A stretch of DNA of 63,145 nucleotides, filler included, from Basidiobolus ranarum (GCA_040143965.1; 57 parts of 57 records of this genome joined end to end with filler, not necessarily neighbours in it); one strand, 5' to 3'. Positions 37,398-51,105 are shown, counted from the whole stretch's first letter. A program made the numbers and translations. Notes: generated from the letters alone by a model not told the origin.

Positions 37398-37714
37398 TGT
37401 TGGATAATTAATCTTTATTCAACATCATAGTTAACTTTAGTTAGGATACATATATCAGAAACAGAAAGCAATGTATCTATAGCTCCTATATTCTAAATTG
37501 GAATATCTCTATATCTATATAACAAGTATGTCTTATTGCCCCCACTTATCTATTATATCTTACTACACAAACTCCTAAATATCTCAAAAAATTGATTTAC
37601 TCTTCTACTATATAAGTCACCGTATACTCTTAAGAATAAAGTAACTAAAACACACTGTCATAAGTTGCTTCTAGTACTCAAAGTCTACCCCCACTATGTC
37701 AATATCCTCCAACA
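37398..37714 (+). mobile_element. Copia LTR family B, complete 3' LTR (~317 bp)
   Basis: TGTTGG...CCAACA after RNase H and a purine-rich tract; other copies at 32129, 39836 and 47791-48044. Confidence 0.88.
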
Positions 37715-37832
37715 TGTTCCTTTCCAGCAATANNNNNNNNNNNNNNNNNNNNNNNNNNNNNNNNNNNNNNNNNNNNTTAATTAATTAANNNNNNNNNNNN
37801 NNNNNNNNNNNNNNNNNNNNNNNNNNNNNNNN

Positions 37833-38839
37833 TTTCTGCATACTTGCACTGCGTTTTTTCCCTTCATACTTTTGAAAATACTCCTCAAGCACTTTGACTA
37901 TTTTTGTTTGTCCTTGTAGTGTGCCACTACTGAGGGTGCTTTGCAGTGTTTGTGCAGCCTTTTGCTTGCCTTTACCTTTGGGACTAACTTCAACACTTTG
38001 AAAAGTACTAGTTGAGGTTAGAGAGCTGTGAGTTTTATTTGCTGGTGTTTTGGCTTTTTGAGAGGTGCCAGGTGCTGGATAAACTTCCAAATTTAGCACT
38101 CTTCCAACTGGTGTACTTGGTTCCATGGTGAAATAAAGCTTTTTGCCAGTATATCTGACTCTGGAATTGCAGATCTCTGTAATGGTGTGAAGAATTTGGT
38201 AAGTGGGACAGTAGAGCCTAAACTCACTGGCTCCTTTGCTTTTCCCTTGGGTTTACTAACTTCCTGCTCCTTCAGTGCTTCTGTAGCTGCTTTTCTTTCT
38301 TTTCTAAGCTGATAATCACATACATTTTTGAGATGTTTCATGAAGAGGCCTATACTAACCCAATTGCCATTTGCTTGCAAAAACCTAGGATAAGCCACAT
38401 GAAATAAGTCAAGAACCTTCAGAGTAACACCTGGTTTTTGGTTTTTCCACAATTGACTCAAATCCTGATGATTTTGGGCAATATTCCGCACAGTTTCCAA
38501 AATGTTAAACCACTCATCATCAGAGCAAGTGATGGCAGCTCTGACATTCAGAGTCTTTTGATTTGCCAGTTTTCCTATGAGATTTCTACTTACATATGCC
38601 CAAGCAATTTCAGGTTGTTGTGTAGGCTTAATGGTCTGACACATATTCTGCTCTGCTAGATTGTCACGGTGACGTTCATATGTATGGTGCGGGATTGATT
38701 GAAATCCTGTATGAGAAAGGACAGAGGGAGCAGCATGTTGCTGTAGCTCAAGTACAGCATTCTAAAGGTCTTATATCATCATAGAGTGACTCCCTAACTG
38801 TTGACTAGTTGCTTCCAAACACTGCATTAATTGCAATAA
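37833..38839 (-). mobile_element. CACTA accessory ORF2 (degenerate)
   Basis: Near-identical to 44473-45478. Confidence 0.8.
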
Positions 38840-38939
38840 NNNNNNNNNNNNNNNNNNNNNNNNNNNNNNNNNNNNNNNNNNNNTTAATTAATTAANNNNN
38901 NNNNNNNNNNNNNNNNNNNNNNNNNNNNNNNNNNNNNNN

Positions 38940-39330
38940 TTGGATTCCAAGATAGTACGTCAGTTCACCAAGATCAGTCATTTTGAATTCAGCAGATAAG
39001 CTGGATTTGGTGTTCTCCAAAGTCTTCAAGTCATTGGTTGCTATAATAAGATCATCTACATATAAGGCTAATAAAACTGGGTTTGTCTTATCTGGCCTGA
39101 AGTAGATACCATAGTCAGCATTACTCTTTTGGAATTTGAGTGTTTCCAAAAAAGCATCTATCTTGCTATTCCAAGCTCCTGGAGATTATTTTAAGCCATA
39201 GTGTTTTCTGGAATCTGCAAACTTTTTTAGGGTTTTCTGGGTCCACAAGTCTGTCTGGCTGGTCCATATAAATCTCCTCAGCAAGCTCACCATTCAAAAA
39301 GCAGTTTTAACATCCATTTGATGATTAATA
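38940..39330 (-). mobile_element. Ty1/copia RT fragment
   Basis: [12 protein letters not shown]; same family as 24762-25533. Confidence 0.92.
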
Positions 39331-39360
39331 AACTGATATTTGTTAAAGTATTTGGGAGCA

Positions 39361-39688
39361 TGTTGGAAGTGGTTTGGAGAATTAGAGGAATTGGTGGTTT
39401 TCACTTATTGATTTATTGAGTAGAAAGTTGACATTTATAGTTTTGTCAAGATGAGAACAAACTAACACGTAGAGTATGTTAAGGAAGGTCCCAGGAACAT
39501 GTGTACAAAGTTTGGGGCTTCTAGCACAAGTTTGAAAAATTTATATATCTGAGAACTTCTAAGTTGGTAAAAATATTCTAAGTAAATTCCAATTTGGAAT
39601 AATTGATTATATCTTAGTGAATTATAAGATAACTAAGTACTAAGCTATATATGACTACATAGGTGTTTAGGCAATGCTAATTTCAACA
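39361..39688 (-). mobile_element. Copia LTR family A, complete 3' LTR (328 bp) with PPT
   Basis: rc TTGAGGGAGAG|TGTTGAAATTAGC...CCAACA; RNase H tail at 39700-39830; LTR B inserted at 39836. Confidence 0.9.
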
Positions 39689-40435
39689 CTCTCCCTCAAC
39701 TAAATAGTCATAGAAACTAATCCTAATAAAGGTCTAAATTTCTCAAATTTTTGTCTAGCTAATGGTTTGGTTAATATATCAGCAATCATATCTTCTGTAG
39801 AACAATGAGTTAAGTCAATAAACCTGTTTGCTTTATGTTGGATAATTAATCTTTATTCAACATCATAGTTAACTTTAGTTATGATACATATATCAGAAAC
39901 AGAAAGCAATGTATCTATAGCCCCTATATTCTAAATAGGAATATCTNNNNNNNNNNNNNNNNNNNNNNNNNNNNNNNNNNNNNNNNNNNNTTAATTAATT
40001 AANNNNNNNNNNNNNNNNNNNNNNNNNNNNNNNNNNNNNNNNNNNNACAACATATTCGGTTTGAACGGGTATACTTATTAGAGGAATCAGCGAACAAGAC
40101 TACTACTATAAGACTGATCAGGGATACTTCATGATACACTATGATACTTAAAATAACGTTACGTATATACTTCAAAACTTGATACTTGTCATTGGCAGCT
40201 CTATTGTTCGACATCCAGATTGAGAAATCGCGTTCGAGCAGTTTAACACTGGTACTCTTTCTATTACACAAACATTCAACCTTTATGCTCACCTGAAATA
40301 TAACAAAGGATATGTCATCCTCAATCGCCAAAATATGGTCTGGCCACGTACCTTCTACAGAGGGTGTAGTATATTGAATCTACAACCACACCTTAGCGTT
40401 GTCAATAATATGAAACCGTCGGACCATATAAAAGG

Positions 40436-41053
40436 ATGTCAACACATCTCCTAAGTCAAGCAGTCCATTCTCTAACTCACCTATACAAGATGTCGCTATA
40501 CCATCTTGCTTCTAAGTTCTGGTGGGATCTGTTCGTCCAATATGCTTTTTGGTCGTCAGTTTGGTGTCTACTGTTACCCACCTTTACTGATGGAAGCTTT
40601 GTTTACTCTCACATTGGAGGTTCACCAGTTCTCACATTTCCCGACGACAACTCTTTAACCCGCGGGGCCACCAATCTTACTCAGTCTCCACTACGGTCGT
40701 ATGATATTGTAGCCATCGAAATGCCTATGGTATACAACAAATACGGTGATATCGATCTTAATGGAGTCATGTTTACACAACGTCGAAATCGAAACTACCT
40801 GAAAAAGATGCGTAGCTCTATCTTGAATGAAGTCAAAGACGGATACAAGAAGAAGAAGGTTATCCTTGAAATGGACCCATTGGTGCGTCCGTTAGTACTT
40901 CGCTGCAACGAAGGAGATCACATACAAGTCCACTTGAAGAACGAAATTCGAAATCGACGAGTTAGCTTACATCCTCATCTTTTTGGGCAAACCATTGAAA
41001 ACGATGGCTCATCAGTGGGAAGAAACCCGGACTCCACCGTAGGGTACAATCAG
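40436..41053 (+). CDS. N-terminal part of a large multicopper oxidase resembling bacterial MnxG (cupredoxin domain 1), with signal-like leader (alternative start 40490)
   Basis: YDIVAIEMPMVYNKYGD..NGVMF; LVRPLVLRCNEGD.IQV.LKNE; SLHPH; DGSSVGRNPDSTV; TATAAAA just upstream; CpG retained. Confidence 0.8.
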
Positions 41054-41153
41054 NNNNNNNNNNNNNNNNNNNNNNNNNNNNNNNNNNNNNNNNNNNNTTA
41101 ATTAATTAANNNNNNNNNNNNNNNNNNNNNNNNNNNNNNNNNNNNNNNNNNNN

Positions 41154-42160
41154 CTATCAATTAGAGCAATAAACACATGTTTTTGAATGACAGAATTGAG
41201 TGCTAAATAATCAGAATATGGATAAACTAACTGCTAAATAATGAGTTGCTATTTACTTTATTTCAACATTCCCACTCAACTGATTATTTTGTATTTCTCT
41301 TATACCTAACTTGTATCTAAATAATTCAAATTGTGCTTTAGCTGAAGGTTTGGTTAAGATATCAGCTATCATTTCTTCAGTGGGGCAATTCACAAGTTCA
41401 ATTGTGTCATCATCTATTGCTTCTCTAACTAAATGATGCCTAATATCTATATGTTTTGTTCTAGCATGAAATGTAGGGTTTTTAGCTAATGAAATACAAC
41501 TTTGATTATCTTCAAATACCATAATAGCATATTTTTGCATGTATCCTAAGTCTGTAAATAACTTCCTTCACCACTTGGCTTCTTGAGTAGTAGCAGAGGC
41601 AGCCATATACTCTGCTTCTGTAGTGGAAAATGCTATGGTTGGTTGCTTCTTCCTAGTCCAAGTTATGGCTCCATAACCATGGAAAAAAGTGTATCCAGTT
41701 GTTGATCTTCTATCATCAAGGTTTCTTTCCCAGTCAGCATCACTGAAGCCTTTAAAATTTGGTCCATCAGGAGTGACAGAGTATTCCAGAACTAGATATA
41801 CAGTTCCTCTCAAATACCTGAATACTTGCTTTACTGCAATATTGTGCTCAGATCCTGGATTTTTGAGGTATTGGCTGACAGTTCCCACTGCCACAGCAAT
41901 GTCTGGACATGTTCCAACCATTGTATACATTAAACTACCAACCATGGATTGATAAGGGAACTCCTGGCTTTGATTTGAGTCATTTTGGGCCAAATCGGAT
42001 GAAATTTTGATTAATTTCACATTGGGATCCATTGGTGTTGATACAGGCTTGCTATTCTCCATGTTGAAGCGTTTTAGGATGTCTAGGATGTATCTAGACT
42101 GATTCAGCATGATTTTCTGATTGGGTTTATCTCTCTTGATTTGGATTCCAAGAAAATAAC
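41154..42160 (-). mobile_element. Ty1/copia RT-RNase H, PPT and LTR family C start (41268)
   Basis: FSDADW..STTGY..TEAEY..KHIDIRHH; rc TTGAGTGGGAA|TGTTGAAAT. Confidence 0.95.
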
Positions 42161-42260
42161 NNNNNNNNNNNNNNNNNNNNNNNNNNNNNNNNNNNNNNNN
42201 NNNNTTAATTAATTAANNNNNNNNNNNNNNNNNNNNNNNNNNNNNNNNNNNNNNNNNNNN

Positions 42261-43150
42261 AAATCAAAGCCAGGAGTTCCCTTATTAATCCATGGTTGGT
42301 AGTTTAATGTATACAATGGTTGGAACATGTCCAGACATTGCTGTAGCAGTGGGAACTGTCAGCCAATACATCAAAAATTTAGGATCTGAGCACAAAACTG
42401 CAGTAAAACAAATATTCAAGTATTTGCGGGGAACTGTAGATCTAGTTCTGGAATACTCTGCCACTACTGATGCACAAAATTTTGAAGGCTATAGTGATGC
42501 AGACTGGGGAAGAAACCTTGATGATAGAAGATCAACAACTGGACACACTTTTCTCAATGGTAATGGAGCCATAACTTGGAATAGTAAGAAGCAACCAACC
42601 ATAGTACTTTCCACTACAGAAGCAGAGTATATGGCTGCCTCTGCTACTATACAAGAAGCTATGTGTTTAAGGAAGTTATTTATAGACTTAGGATACATGC
42701 AAAAACGTGCTATTACTGTATTTGAAGATAATCAAAGTTGTATTTCATTAACTAAAAACCCTACATTTCATGCTAGAACAAACATATAAATATTAGGCAT
42801 CATTTTGTTAGAGAAGCAATAGAGAATGATATAATTGACCTTGTCTATTGCCCTACTGAAGAAATCATGGCTGATATCTTGCCCAAACCTTTTGCTAAAG
42901 CACAAATTGAATTATTAAGATATAAGTTAGGTTTAAGAGAAACACAAGATAATTAGTTGAGTGGGAGTATTGAAATTAGGTAAATAGCAACTCATTATTC
43001 AGTAGTTAGTTTATTCATATTCTGATAATTTAGTAACCAATTCTGTCATTCAAAAACGTGTTTGGATTGTTCTAATTGATAGAAATATCAATTAGATCAC
43101 TTTTACCAATTTTCACTATTTTCTCAAACCTTCTCCAAATCATCTCAAAT
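42261..43150 (+). mobile_element. Ty1/copia RNase H and LTR family C (from 42968)
   Basis: YSDADWG..TEAEY..EDNQS; TTGAGTGGGAG PPT. Confidence 0.93.
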
Positions 43151-44502
43151 TTTCACCCATGCTTAACAGGCATGTTTGTTATGATCTAAGCACGTCCAAT
43201 AGTCCTATTTGATAGTAAACTAGAAATGGGACATATTCAATTCAATAAAACATCAGTGTCCAATTCNNNNNNNNNNNNNNNNNNNNNNNNNNNNNNNNNN
43301 NNNNNNNNNNTTAATTAATTAANNNNNNNNNNNNNNNNNNNNNNNNNNNNNNNNNNNNNNNNNNNNTATTTGGCTAAGTCCAGTTCTATTTGTAAACTCA
43401 AATGACCTTGCTATTGTTACAACCTCACAATGTGCATGTCTCGCTATATATATAACTTTGCTTCATCATGGCAAAAGAATCTGCATATATACAAACACAA
43501 TGAAACAAAGGTAACGACCGTGAGCACGAGTTGGTTGTTTTTGCGCAGTACTTGAATCCCCAGAGGAATTTCGATAGATACCATGTGAAAAGAACTACTA
43601 CCGGTCTATTTTCTATGCATAATGGTTTCCATACTTTCAAATACACCATGAGTTCAAGCTTGTATCTAATGAGCTCATTCTATGGTTTGAAATTCTTTTT
43701 GCGGTGTCCATCGAATCCAGATCGCATTCAATAGGATAATCGAATCACAAGAAATCGCATTTAACCGATGTTTATGGGCCTATTGATCTGATACTCTGAT
43801 TTATCCGCAGAAGCTGACCGTAACTGAACCCTAATAAGGAGCCTATTGCACGAGAGTAAGATGAAGTTGCTTGCGGCAAGGTACCCACTTCTAATAGCAA
43901 GTCAAGTATCCTGAACTTGAATCTTCCTCTTTGGGAAAGTCATCTTCATCATGCAAGTAATTAATGAAAGGTTATCTGGTAATTTCCACATTGAAAGATG
44001 CTGCGGACTAGGAAATTGGTGGACAAGATACACCTCCATTGTGGTGGTCCACGTTTTAGATTGGTAACTGATAAAGTATGAGGTAATAGAAGCGGTAGTG
44101 ATGTGCGGATTTTGTTGTGGCGGAACCCTGCTCGTTTGAACGATCGAAATCCTGTATTTATTCATAATAGATTAGTGTCGAGCAAGCACCCCTAATTGCT
44201 GGAGCTCTGTGGGATATAGCCGCCCCAAGCAAGTGTCTCCATCTCGCAATTGGGCTGGTTACAACATCATTGGTGTGATTCAAGATCAATAATAGGGTGT
44301 TTAGCCTTCGAGTAGATACCTGTGGCAATGACAACGTCCATAGGGGGATTCTTATTGGTTGAAATAGAGATCNNNNNNNNNNNNNNNNNNNNNNNNNNNN
44401 NNNNNNNNNNNNNNNNTTAATTAATTAANNNNNNNNNNNNNNNNNNNNNNNNNNNNNNNNNNNNNNNNNNNNAGTAAAAACTATGAAGTTGCTATACAGG
44501 CC

Positions 44503-45478
44503 ATGACAAGCAATAACGCCGCAATATCGCAATTAATGCAGCGTTTGGAAGCAACTAGTCAACAGTTAGAGAGTCACTCAACAATGATACAAGACCTTCA
44601 GAATGCTGTTCTTGAGCTACAGCAACATGCTGCTCCCTCCGTCCATTCTCATATGGGATTTCAGTCAATCCCACACCATACATATGAACGTCACCATGAC
44701 AATCTAGCAGAGCAGAATATGTGTTGGACCATTAAGCCTACACAATGACCCAAAATTGCTTGGGCACATGAAAGTAGAAATCTCATAGGAAAACCAGCAA
44801 ACCAAAAGACTCTGAATGTCAGAGCTGCCATCACTTGCTCTGATGATGAGTGGTTTAACATTTTGGAAACTGTGCAGAATCTTGCCCAAAATCACCTGGA
44901 TTTGAGTCAATTGTGGAAAAACCAAAAACCAGGTGTTACTCTGAAGGTTCTTGACTTATTTCATGTGGCTTATCCTGGGTTTTTGCAAGCAAATGGCAAT
45001 TGGGCTAGTATAGGCCTATTCATGAAACATCTCAAAAATGTACGCAATTATTGACTTGGAAAAGAAAGAAAAGCAGCTAAAGAAGTACTGAAGGAGCAGG
45101 AAGTTAGTAAACCCAAGGGAAAAGCAAAGGAGCCAGTGAGTTTAGGCTCTACTGTCCCACTTACCAAATTCTTCACACCATTACAAAGATCTGCAATTCC
45201 AGAGTCAGATATACTGGCAAAAAAGCTTAATTTCACCATGGAACCAGGTACACCAGTTGGAAGAGTGCTAAATTTGGAAGTTTATCCAACACCTGGCACC
45301 TCTCAACAAGCCAAAACACCAGCAAATAAAACTCATGGCTCTCCAACCTCAACTGGTACTTTTCAAAGTGTTGAAATTAGTCCCAAAGGTAAAGGCAAGC
45401 AAAAAGCCACACAAACACCGCAAAGCACCCTCAGTAGTGTCACACTACAAGGACGTACAAAAATAGTCAAAGTGCTTG
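44503..45478 (+). mobile_element. CACTA accessory ORF2, N-terminal ~325 codons (two in-frame stops)
   Basis: Coiled-coil-like N-terminus, LDLSQLWKNQ..YPGFLQANGNW core, S/T/P/K-rich linker; continues into 1298-2136 and 27854-28417 toward the terminus. Confidence 0.8.
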
Positions 45479-45578
45479 NNNNNNNNNNNNNNNNNNNNNN
45501 NNNNNNNNNNNNNNNNNNNNNNTTAATTAATTAANNNNNNNNNNNNNNNNNNNNNNNNNNNNNNNNNNNNNNNNNNNN

Positions 45579-46584
45579 GTATCTACCCCAATGGAGACAA
45601 ATCTTAACTTGACCAAAAATGGCTCAAATCAGACGTTCTTGGATTCAAATGAAAGCCAGAAATTTCCTTATCAATCTATGGTTGGTAGTTTGATGTATAT
45701 CATGGTTGGAACACGGCCAGATATTGCATATTCTGTGGGAGTTATGTGCCAATATCTTCAAAATTATGGATCTGATCAAATCATAGCAGTTAAGCAGATT
45801 GTCAGATATCTGAAAGGTACCATGGATCTATGCTTAAAATACACATATTCTGGATCAAACTTTGATTTGATGGGATATTCAGATGCAAATTGGGGAAGAG
45901 ATATTGAAGACAGCAGATCTACAACAGGATACTTATTTCTTTGCTGTAATGGAGCTATTTCTTGGAATTCAAAGAAACAACCTACTGTAGCACTTTCAAT
46001 AACAGAAGCTGAATACATGGCTGTCTGTGAGGCAACAAAAGAAGCAATATGGTTAAGAAAACTCTTGACAGATTTGGGTTATTCTCAAAATTCACCAACT
46101 ATAATATTTCAAGATAATCAAAGTTGTATCAAATTAGCTAAAAATCCCATCTTTCATGATAGAAGCAAGCACATAGATATTAAGCATCACTTCATTAGAG
46201 AGACTATAGAGAATAAGTTTATTGACTTAACTTATTGTTCTACAGAAGACATGATTGCTGATATATTAACCAAACCATTAGCTAGACAGAAATTTGATAA
46301 ATTTAGACCTTTATTAGGATCAGTTTATATGACTATTTATTTGAGGGAGAGTGTTGAAATTAGCATTGCTGAACACCTATATAGTCAAATAGAGCTTAGT
46401 ACTTAGTTATCTTATAACTCTCTAAGATATTATCAATTATTCTCAATTGGAATTTACTTGGAAAATTTTTACCAACATAGAAGTTTTCAGATATATAGAT
46501 TTTTCAAACTTGTGCTAGAAGCCCCAAACATTGCACACATGTTCCTGGGACCTTCCTTAACATATTCTACATGTTAGTTTGTTT
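45579..46584 (+). mobile_element. Ty1/copia RT-RNase H (uninterrupted frame), PPT and LTR A from 46352
   Basis: GTRPDIAY..YSDANWG..TEAEY..QDNQS..ADILTKPL; TTGAGGGAGAG|TGTTG. Confidence 0.96.
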
Positions 46585-46684
46585 NNNNNNNNNNNNNNNN
46601 NNNNNNNNNNNNNNNNNNNNNNNNNNNNTTAATTAATTAANNNNNNNNNNNNNNNNNNNNNNNNNNNNNNNNNNNNNNNNNNNN

Positions 46685-47690
46685 CATTAAATCAAAGGCT
46701 TCATCATGTACTTTGGTCCAAACTGAGGGTAGATTTGGGCTATGCCATAAGGAATCAAGTGGTACACTTAGAGTAGAGAAAAGTGGCATATGTTCCCTGA
46801 AATAGTCAAAGACTGCAAGGTAGTGTTGAAGTTGTTTAGCAGTAGTGGGCTTAGGCCAATCTTTAATGTTGGCTAATTTGAAAGGATCCAATTGGTGGCC
46901 TGTAGGAGTAGCAATAAAACCAAGTAGATTGACTTTAAGGCAAGCAAAGCTGCATTTTTCCGCACTCAGGATAAGTCCAGCAGAAGTAAGATGGTTGATA
47001 ATATCAGTAACATGGGTTGCACAATTAGCTCTATCAGTTGAAAAAATGATAACAACATCAATAAACACTAAGGCATAGCTAGCATCTTTGAGAATGATAG
47101 TCATAACTCTTTGAAACTTGCTGCTCAATATATTGAGTCCAAAGGGTACTCCTTGAAACATCCATTGCAGGTTTCTCCATGTGAAAGCGGTCTTGTGTTG
47201 GTGGTTTGGATGAATCTGAAATTGGTGCTAAGCTTCTTTTAAATCCAATTTAGAAAATACTTGTGCTCCTGAGAGTGAGGAAAAGATGTCTTTGATCCTA
47301 TGGATAGGAAATTTATCATCCTGTAGTAGTTTGTTCAGAGGTCTTGGATCAAAACAGGGTTGTTTTAGCATAATGTTTCCTTCTGAATCCTTCTTTGGTG
47401 CTAAAGTCATAGGGCTGTTGAAGGTAGTGTTGACAGGTGCTTGAGTGATAATGCCATTATCAGCCCATTTCTGTACTACTTCATTGACTAAAGGATGTAG
47501 TGTATGTGGAATTGGATATTGTCTTCTCCAAGTTGTTTCTCCAGGTGGTGTTGCTAAGGTCACAAGAGACTCTGGTATTGTGCAAAAGCTCTTCTTTGGG
47601 ATTTTCTGGTTTCTCTCAATAGCAGGTTGAATGGCTACTTTGACAGAGTTGGCATATGCTTGGAAGGAAGGTGATAATTCTTCTTGTTCA
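46685..47690 (-). mobile_element. Third Ty3/gypsy family: RT fragment
   Basis: RRQYPIP..FNSP..FSKLDL..PFGL..FQRVM..FIDVV. Confidence 0.9.
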
Positions 47691-47790
47691 NNNNNNNNNN
47701 NNNNNNNNNNNNNNNNNNNNNNNNNNNNNNNNNNTTAATTAATTAANNNNNNNNNNNNNNNNNNNNNNNNNNNNNNNNNNNNNNNNNNNN

Positions 47791-48278
47791 GTTTTAGTTA
47801 GTTTATTCTTAAGAGTATATGGTGACTTATATAGTAGAAAAGTAAATCAATTGTTTAAGATATTCAGGAGTTTGTGTAATAAGATATAATAGATAAGTGG
47901 GTGTAATAAGACATACTTGTTATATAGATATAGAGATTTTCCTATCTGAAATATAGGGGCTATAGATACATTGCTTTCTGTTTCTGATATATGTATCATA
48001 ACTAAAGTTAACTATGATGTTGAATACAGATTAATTATCCAACAAAACAAACTAACAGGTAGAAAGTGTTAAGGAAGGTCCCAGGAACATGTGTGCAAAG
48101 TTTGGGGCCTCTAGCACAAGTTTGAAAAATCTGTATATCTGAGAGCTTCTAAGTTGGTAAAAATATTCCAGGTAAATTCCAATTGAGAATAATTGATAAT
48201 ATCTTAGTGAGTTATAAGATAACTAAGTACTAAGTTATATTTGACTATATAGATGTTTAGGCAACGCTAATTTCAACA
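47791..48278 (-). mobile_element. LTR B (47791-48044) nested in LTR A (48045-48278)
   Basis: Both show CAACA ends on + and match the reference LTRs. Confidence 0.88.
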
Positions 48279-48795
48279 CATCCTGACTTATCAAAATTGA
48301 ATTTTTGCCCTTATGAGGTGGCCTTGCATACAGAATTTAAATTCCTGGCAATATCTGGAACATGTAGCACATCCTTAAAAGTATACACTTTCTCTTCAGA
48401 AGCTCCAGTAGAATTGACTTGAGTTGTTCCCATTCCATTAGCATCCAATGTGCAGTCATCTCTCATGAAGACCTTTCTGAATGGGATTTCTTCATAATCC
48501 ACAAACCAATGTTTTTCATTTGTGAAATGTTGGGAGGCTCCAGAATCAATATACCACATCTGAGAATCCTTGTTGGCAGTCATAGATAGAGCAGATATGA
48601 ACAAGTGATCTTCCGTTGTAACCACATTTCCAGATTCAGTATGTTTTTCTTCTTTTACAATTCTTTTAGAGCAATCTCTGCTTGAATGGCCAGTTCTTTT
48701 ACAGTAATCACAGAATGTGTTACTTTTCTTCTTAAAGTGCTTTTGACCTTTATAGGAAGGTTTCCCATAGCCTATTAAAGCATTTTCTTCACTCT
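48279..48795 (-). mobile_element. Ty1/copia gag zinc knuckle-protease fragment
   Basis: CDYCKRTGHSSRDC; WYIDSGASQH; DVLHVPDIARNL. Confidence 0.92.
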
Positions 48796-48895
48796 NNNNN
48801 NNNNNNNNNNNNNNNNNNNNNNNNNNNNNNNNNNNNNNNTTAATTAATTAANNNNNNNNNNNNNNNNNNNNNNNNNNNNNNNNNNNNNNNNNNNN

Positions 48896-49900
48896 GGTTA
48901 TCTAATGGGGTTCAGATGGGTGAATATTTTATTAAAGCTAACATCATTGTATGTATTGGTGACACTCCTGCCATCAGTAAACTTGGAGGTTTTTGTGGGC
49001 ACAATGCACTATCTAGCTGTAGATTTTGTCAAATCAATGGAGTTTACTCTAACAGGCATACGCATTACTACTATCGAAATACAACACTAAACTTCATGAT
49101 TTTACCATCAAGAGCCTAGTCAGATTTCAACATGATCATTGATATCAATTCAGCAAATAGTCAGTCTAACATCAAACCTGGTATTAGCTGTAAGCCAATG
49201 ATCATATTGCTAAAGGGGATCAGCTGGAGCCGGAGCTTCCCATTGGGCACTATGCACTTACTATTCAACAACATTCCAATACTACTTACTCAGCTATTTA
49301 GTGGCAAATTCAATATGAATGAACCATTTGAGATAGGATCAAAGTTTGAATCAATTGGAAGAATGTTTGAAAACATCAAGATACCATCATATTTTACCAG
49401 GACTCCCATAAATATCCACTCATCTAGGCGTTTATTCAAATGCAAAGACTGGAAGTTTTGGAATTGTATATATTCAAGTGAAATATTGAAAAGATTTCTG
49501 CCTGATAAGTATTGGCAGCATTGGGAGTGGTTTGTCAATATTGTTAATATATTCTTATGGCATCAACTCACATTGGTGGATTTCAGGCAGATACAGCAAC
49601 TGTGCAAACATTTTGTTATTGGATATGAAAAACAATAATACAGGTTTAAAGAAGATAGACTGAATCTATGCCAGTATTCAATACATTCCCTGCTGCATCT
49701 TTCAAAATACTTAGTGATTATAAGCACTTGCTATACATTCTGGGAGTTCCCAATGGAGCACACCGGCACTGAAATGATGCTCCATGTGGAATTGTCAGTA
49801 TTACCATATGCTAATCTGATTAACAATGTATCAGCAAAATCAGTGATGGATGTAATGCAATGGGTTAAGGAGACTCCAAAGTATATTCACCTGCCAACAA
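48896..49900 (+). mobile_element. CACTA transposase fragment
   Basis: GDTPAISKLGGFCGHNALSSCRFC..MHLLFNN..FKCKDW..FWEFPME. Confidence 0.92.
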
Positions 49901-50000
49901 NNNNNNNNNNNNNNNNNNNNNNNNNNNNNNNNNNNNNNNNNNNNTTAATTAATTAANNNNNNNNNNNNNNNNNNNNNNNNNNNNNNNNNNNNNNNNNNNN

Positions 50001-51005
50001 AACTTTGTACCTCTATTGCTCAAGTACAGAATCCAGCTCCACCCAACTATACTGCAAATCCAACTCCTGAACCCAAAATCTCCTTACCAAATAAGTTTGA
50101 TGGCACTCACCAAAACTATTGTGGTTTTATTAGCCAAGTAAAGCTCATCATCCAGTAACATCCTCATCACTACCCCTCTGACCAAACAAGAGTAGGCTTA
50201 GTGGGAACACTATTATCAGGAACAGCTCTATCTTGGTTTGCCCCTTTGATGGAAAGTCAATCTCCACTTCTTTTAAACTTCCTTGCCTTTCTTCCTGAAC
50301 TAGAAGCCACATTTGGAAATGTAGATGAGGTAAGAACCTCAGCCACCAAGCTCCATGCACTTAAACAAGGGTCAAACCAGCATCAACTTATGCTGCTGAA
50401 TTCCACCTTCTTGCCTGTGATCTCAATTGAGGAGAATCTGCCCTTATCAACCAATTCCAATATGGACTCCAAGAAAATATTAAGGATCTTTTACTCACTA
50501 TGGCTGACCCAGTGACCTTGACTGTTGCCTTTCACTCAAGAAAGTTCTCTGCTGCAGAAATCAACTATGACATCTATGACAAGGAACCATTAGCAATTAT
50601 TGCTGCATTTGAACAACGGCAACAATACTTGAATGGAGCAAATCACAAAATCACAGTTTATTGTGATCACATGAATCTTCAGTATTTTAGTACAACCAAA
50701 GTTCTCACCCATTGTCAAGAAAGATGGTCATTATTTCTTGCCAGTTTTGATTTTGTGATTACATATTGACCAGGTAGCTAGCAAGGAAAACCCATTGCCT
50801 TATCATGTAGAGCAGAATATCAGCCTAACAAAGGGGATGAGGCCTTTGGCCAACAAAATACTTCCTTACTGAAGCCCCACTGACTTCAAAGTAGTGCAAC
50901 TGCCCTTTCTCTGCCTAGTTCAAGGACTTAGGCCTAACCCATTTCTCTATCATCAATGATCTCTTGCTTTATAAGAAATGCCTTTACATTCTGGACCACA
51001 CTTCC
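50001..51005 (+). mobile_element. Ty3/gypsy gag fused by deletion to RNase H
   Basis: PKISLPNKFDG..LLSGTALSWF; then FHSRKFSAAEINYDIYDKE..CDHMNL. Confidence 0.9.
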
Positions 51006-51105
51006 NNNNNNNNNNNNNNNNNNNNNNNNNNNNNNNNNNNNNNNNNNNNTTAATTAATTAANNNNNNNNNNNNNNNNNNNNNNNNNNNNNNNNNNNNNNN
51101 NNNNN

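Noticed and set aside
43367-44372. Small ORFs in a CpG-normal unique contig
   Set aside because: No motif, codon pattern or splice structure I can support; the same applies to 61041-62043.
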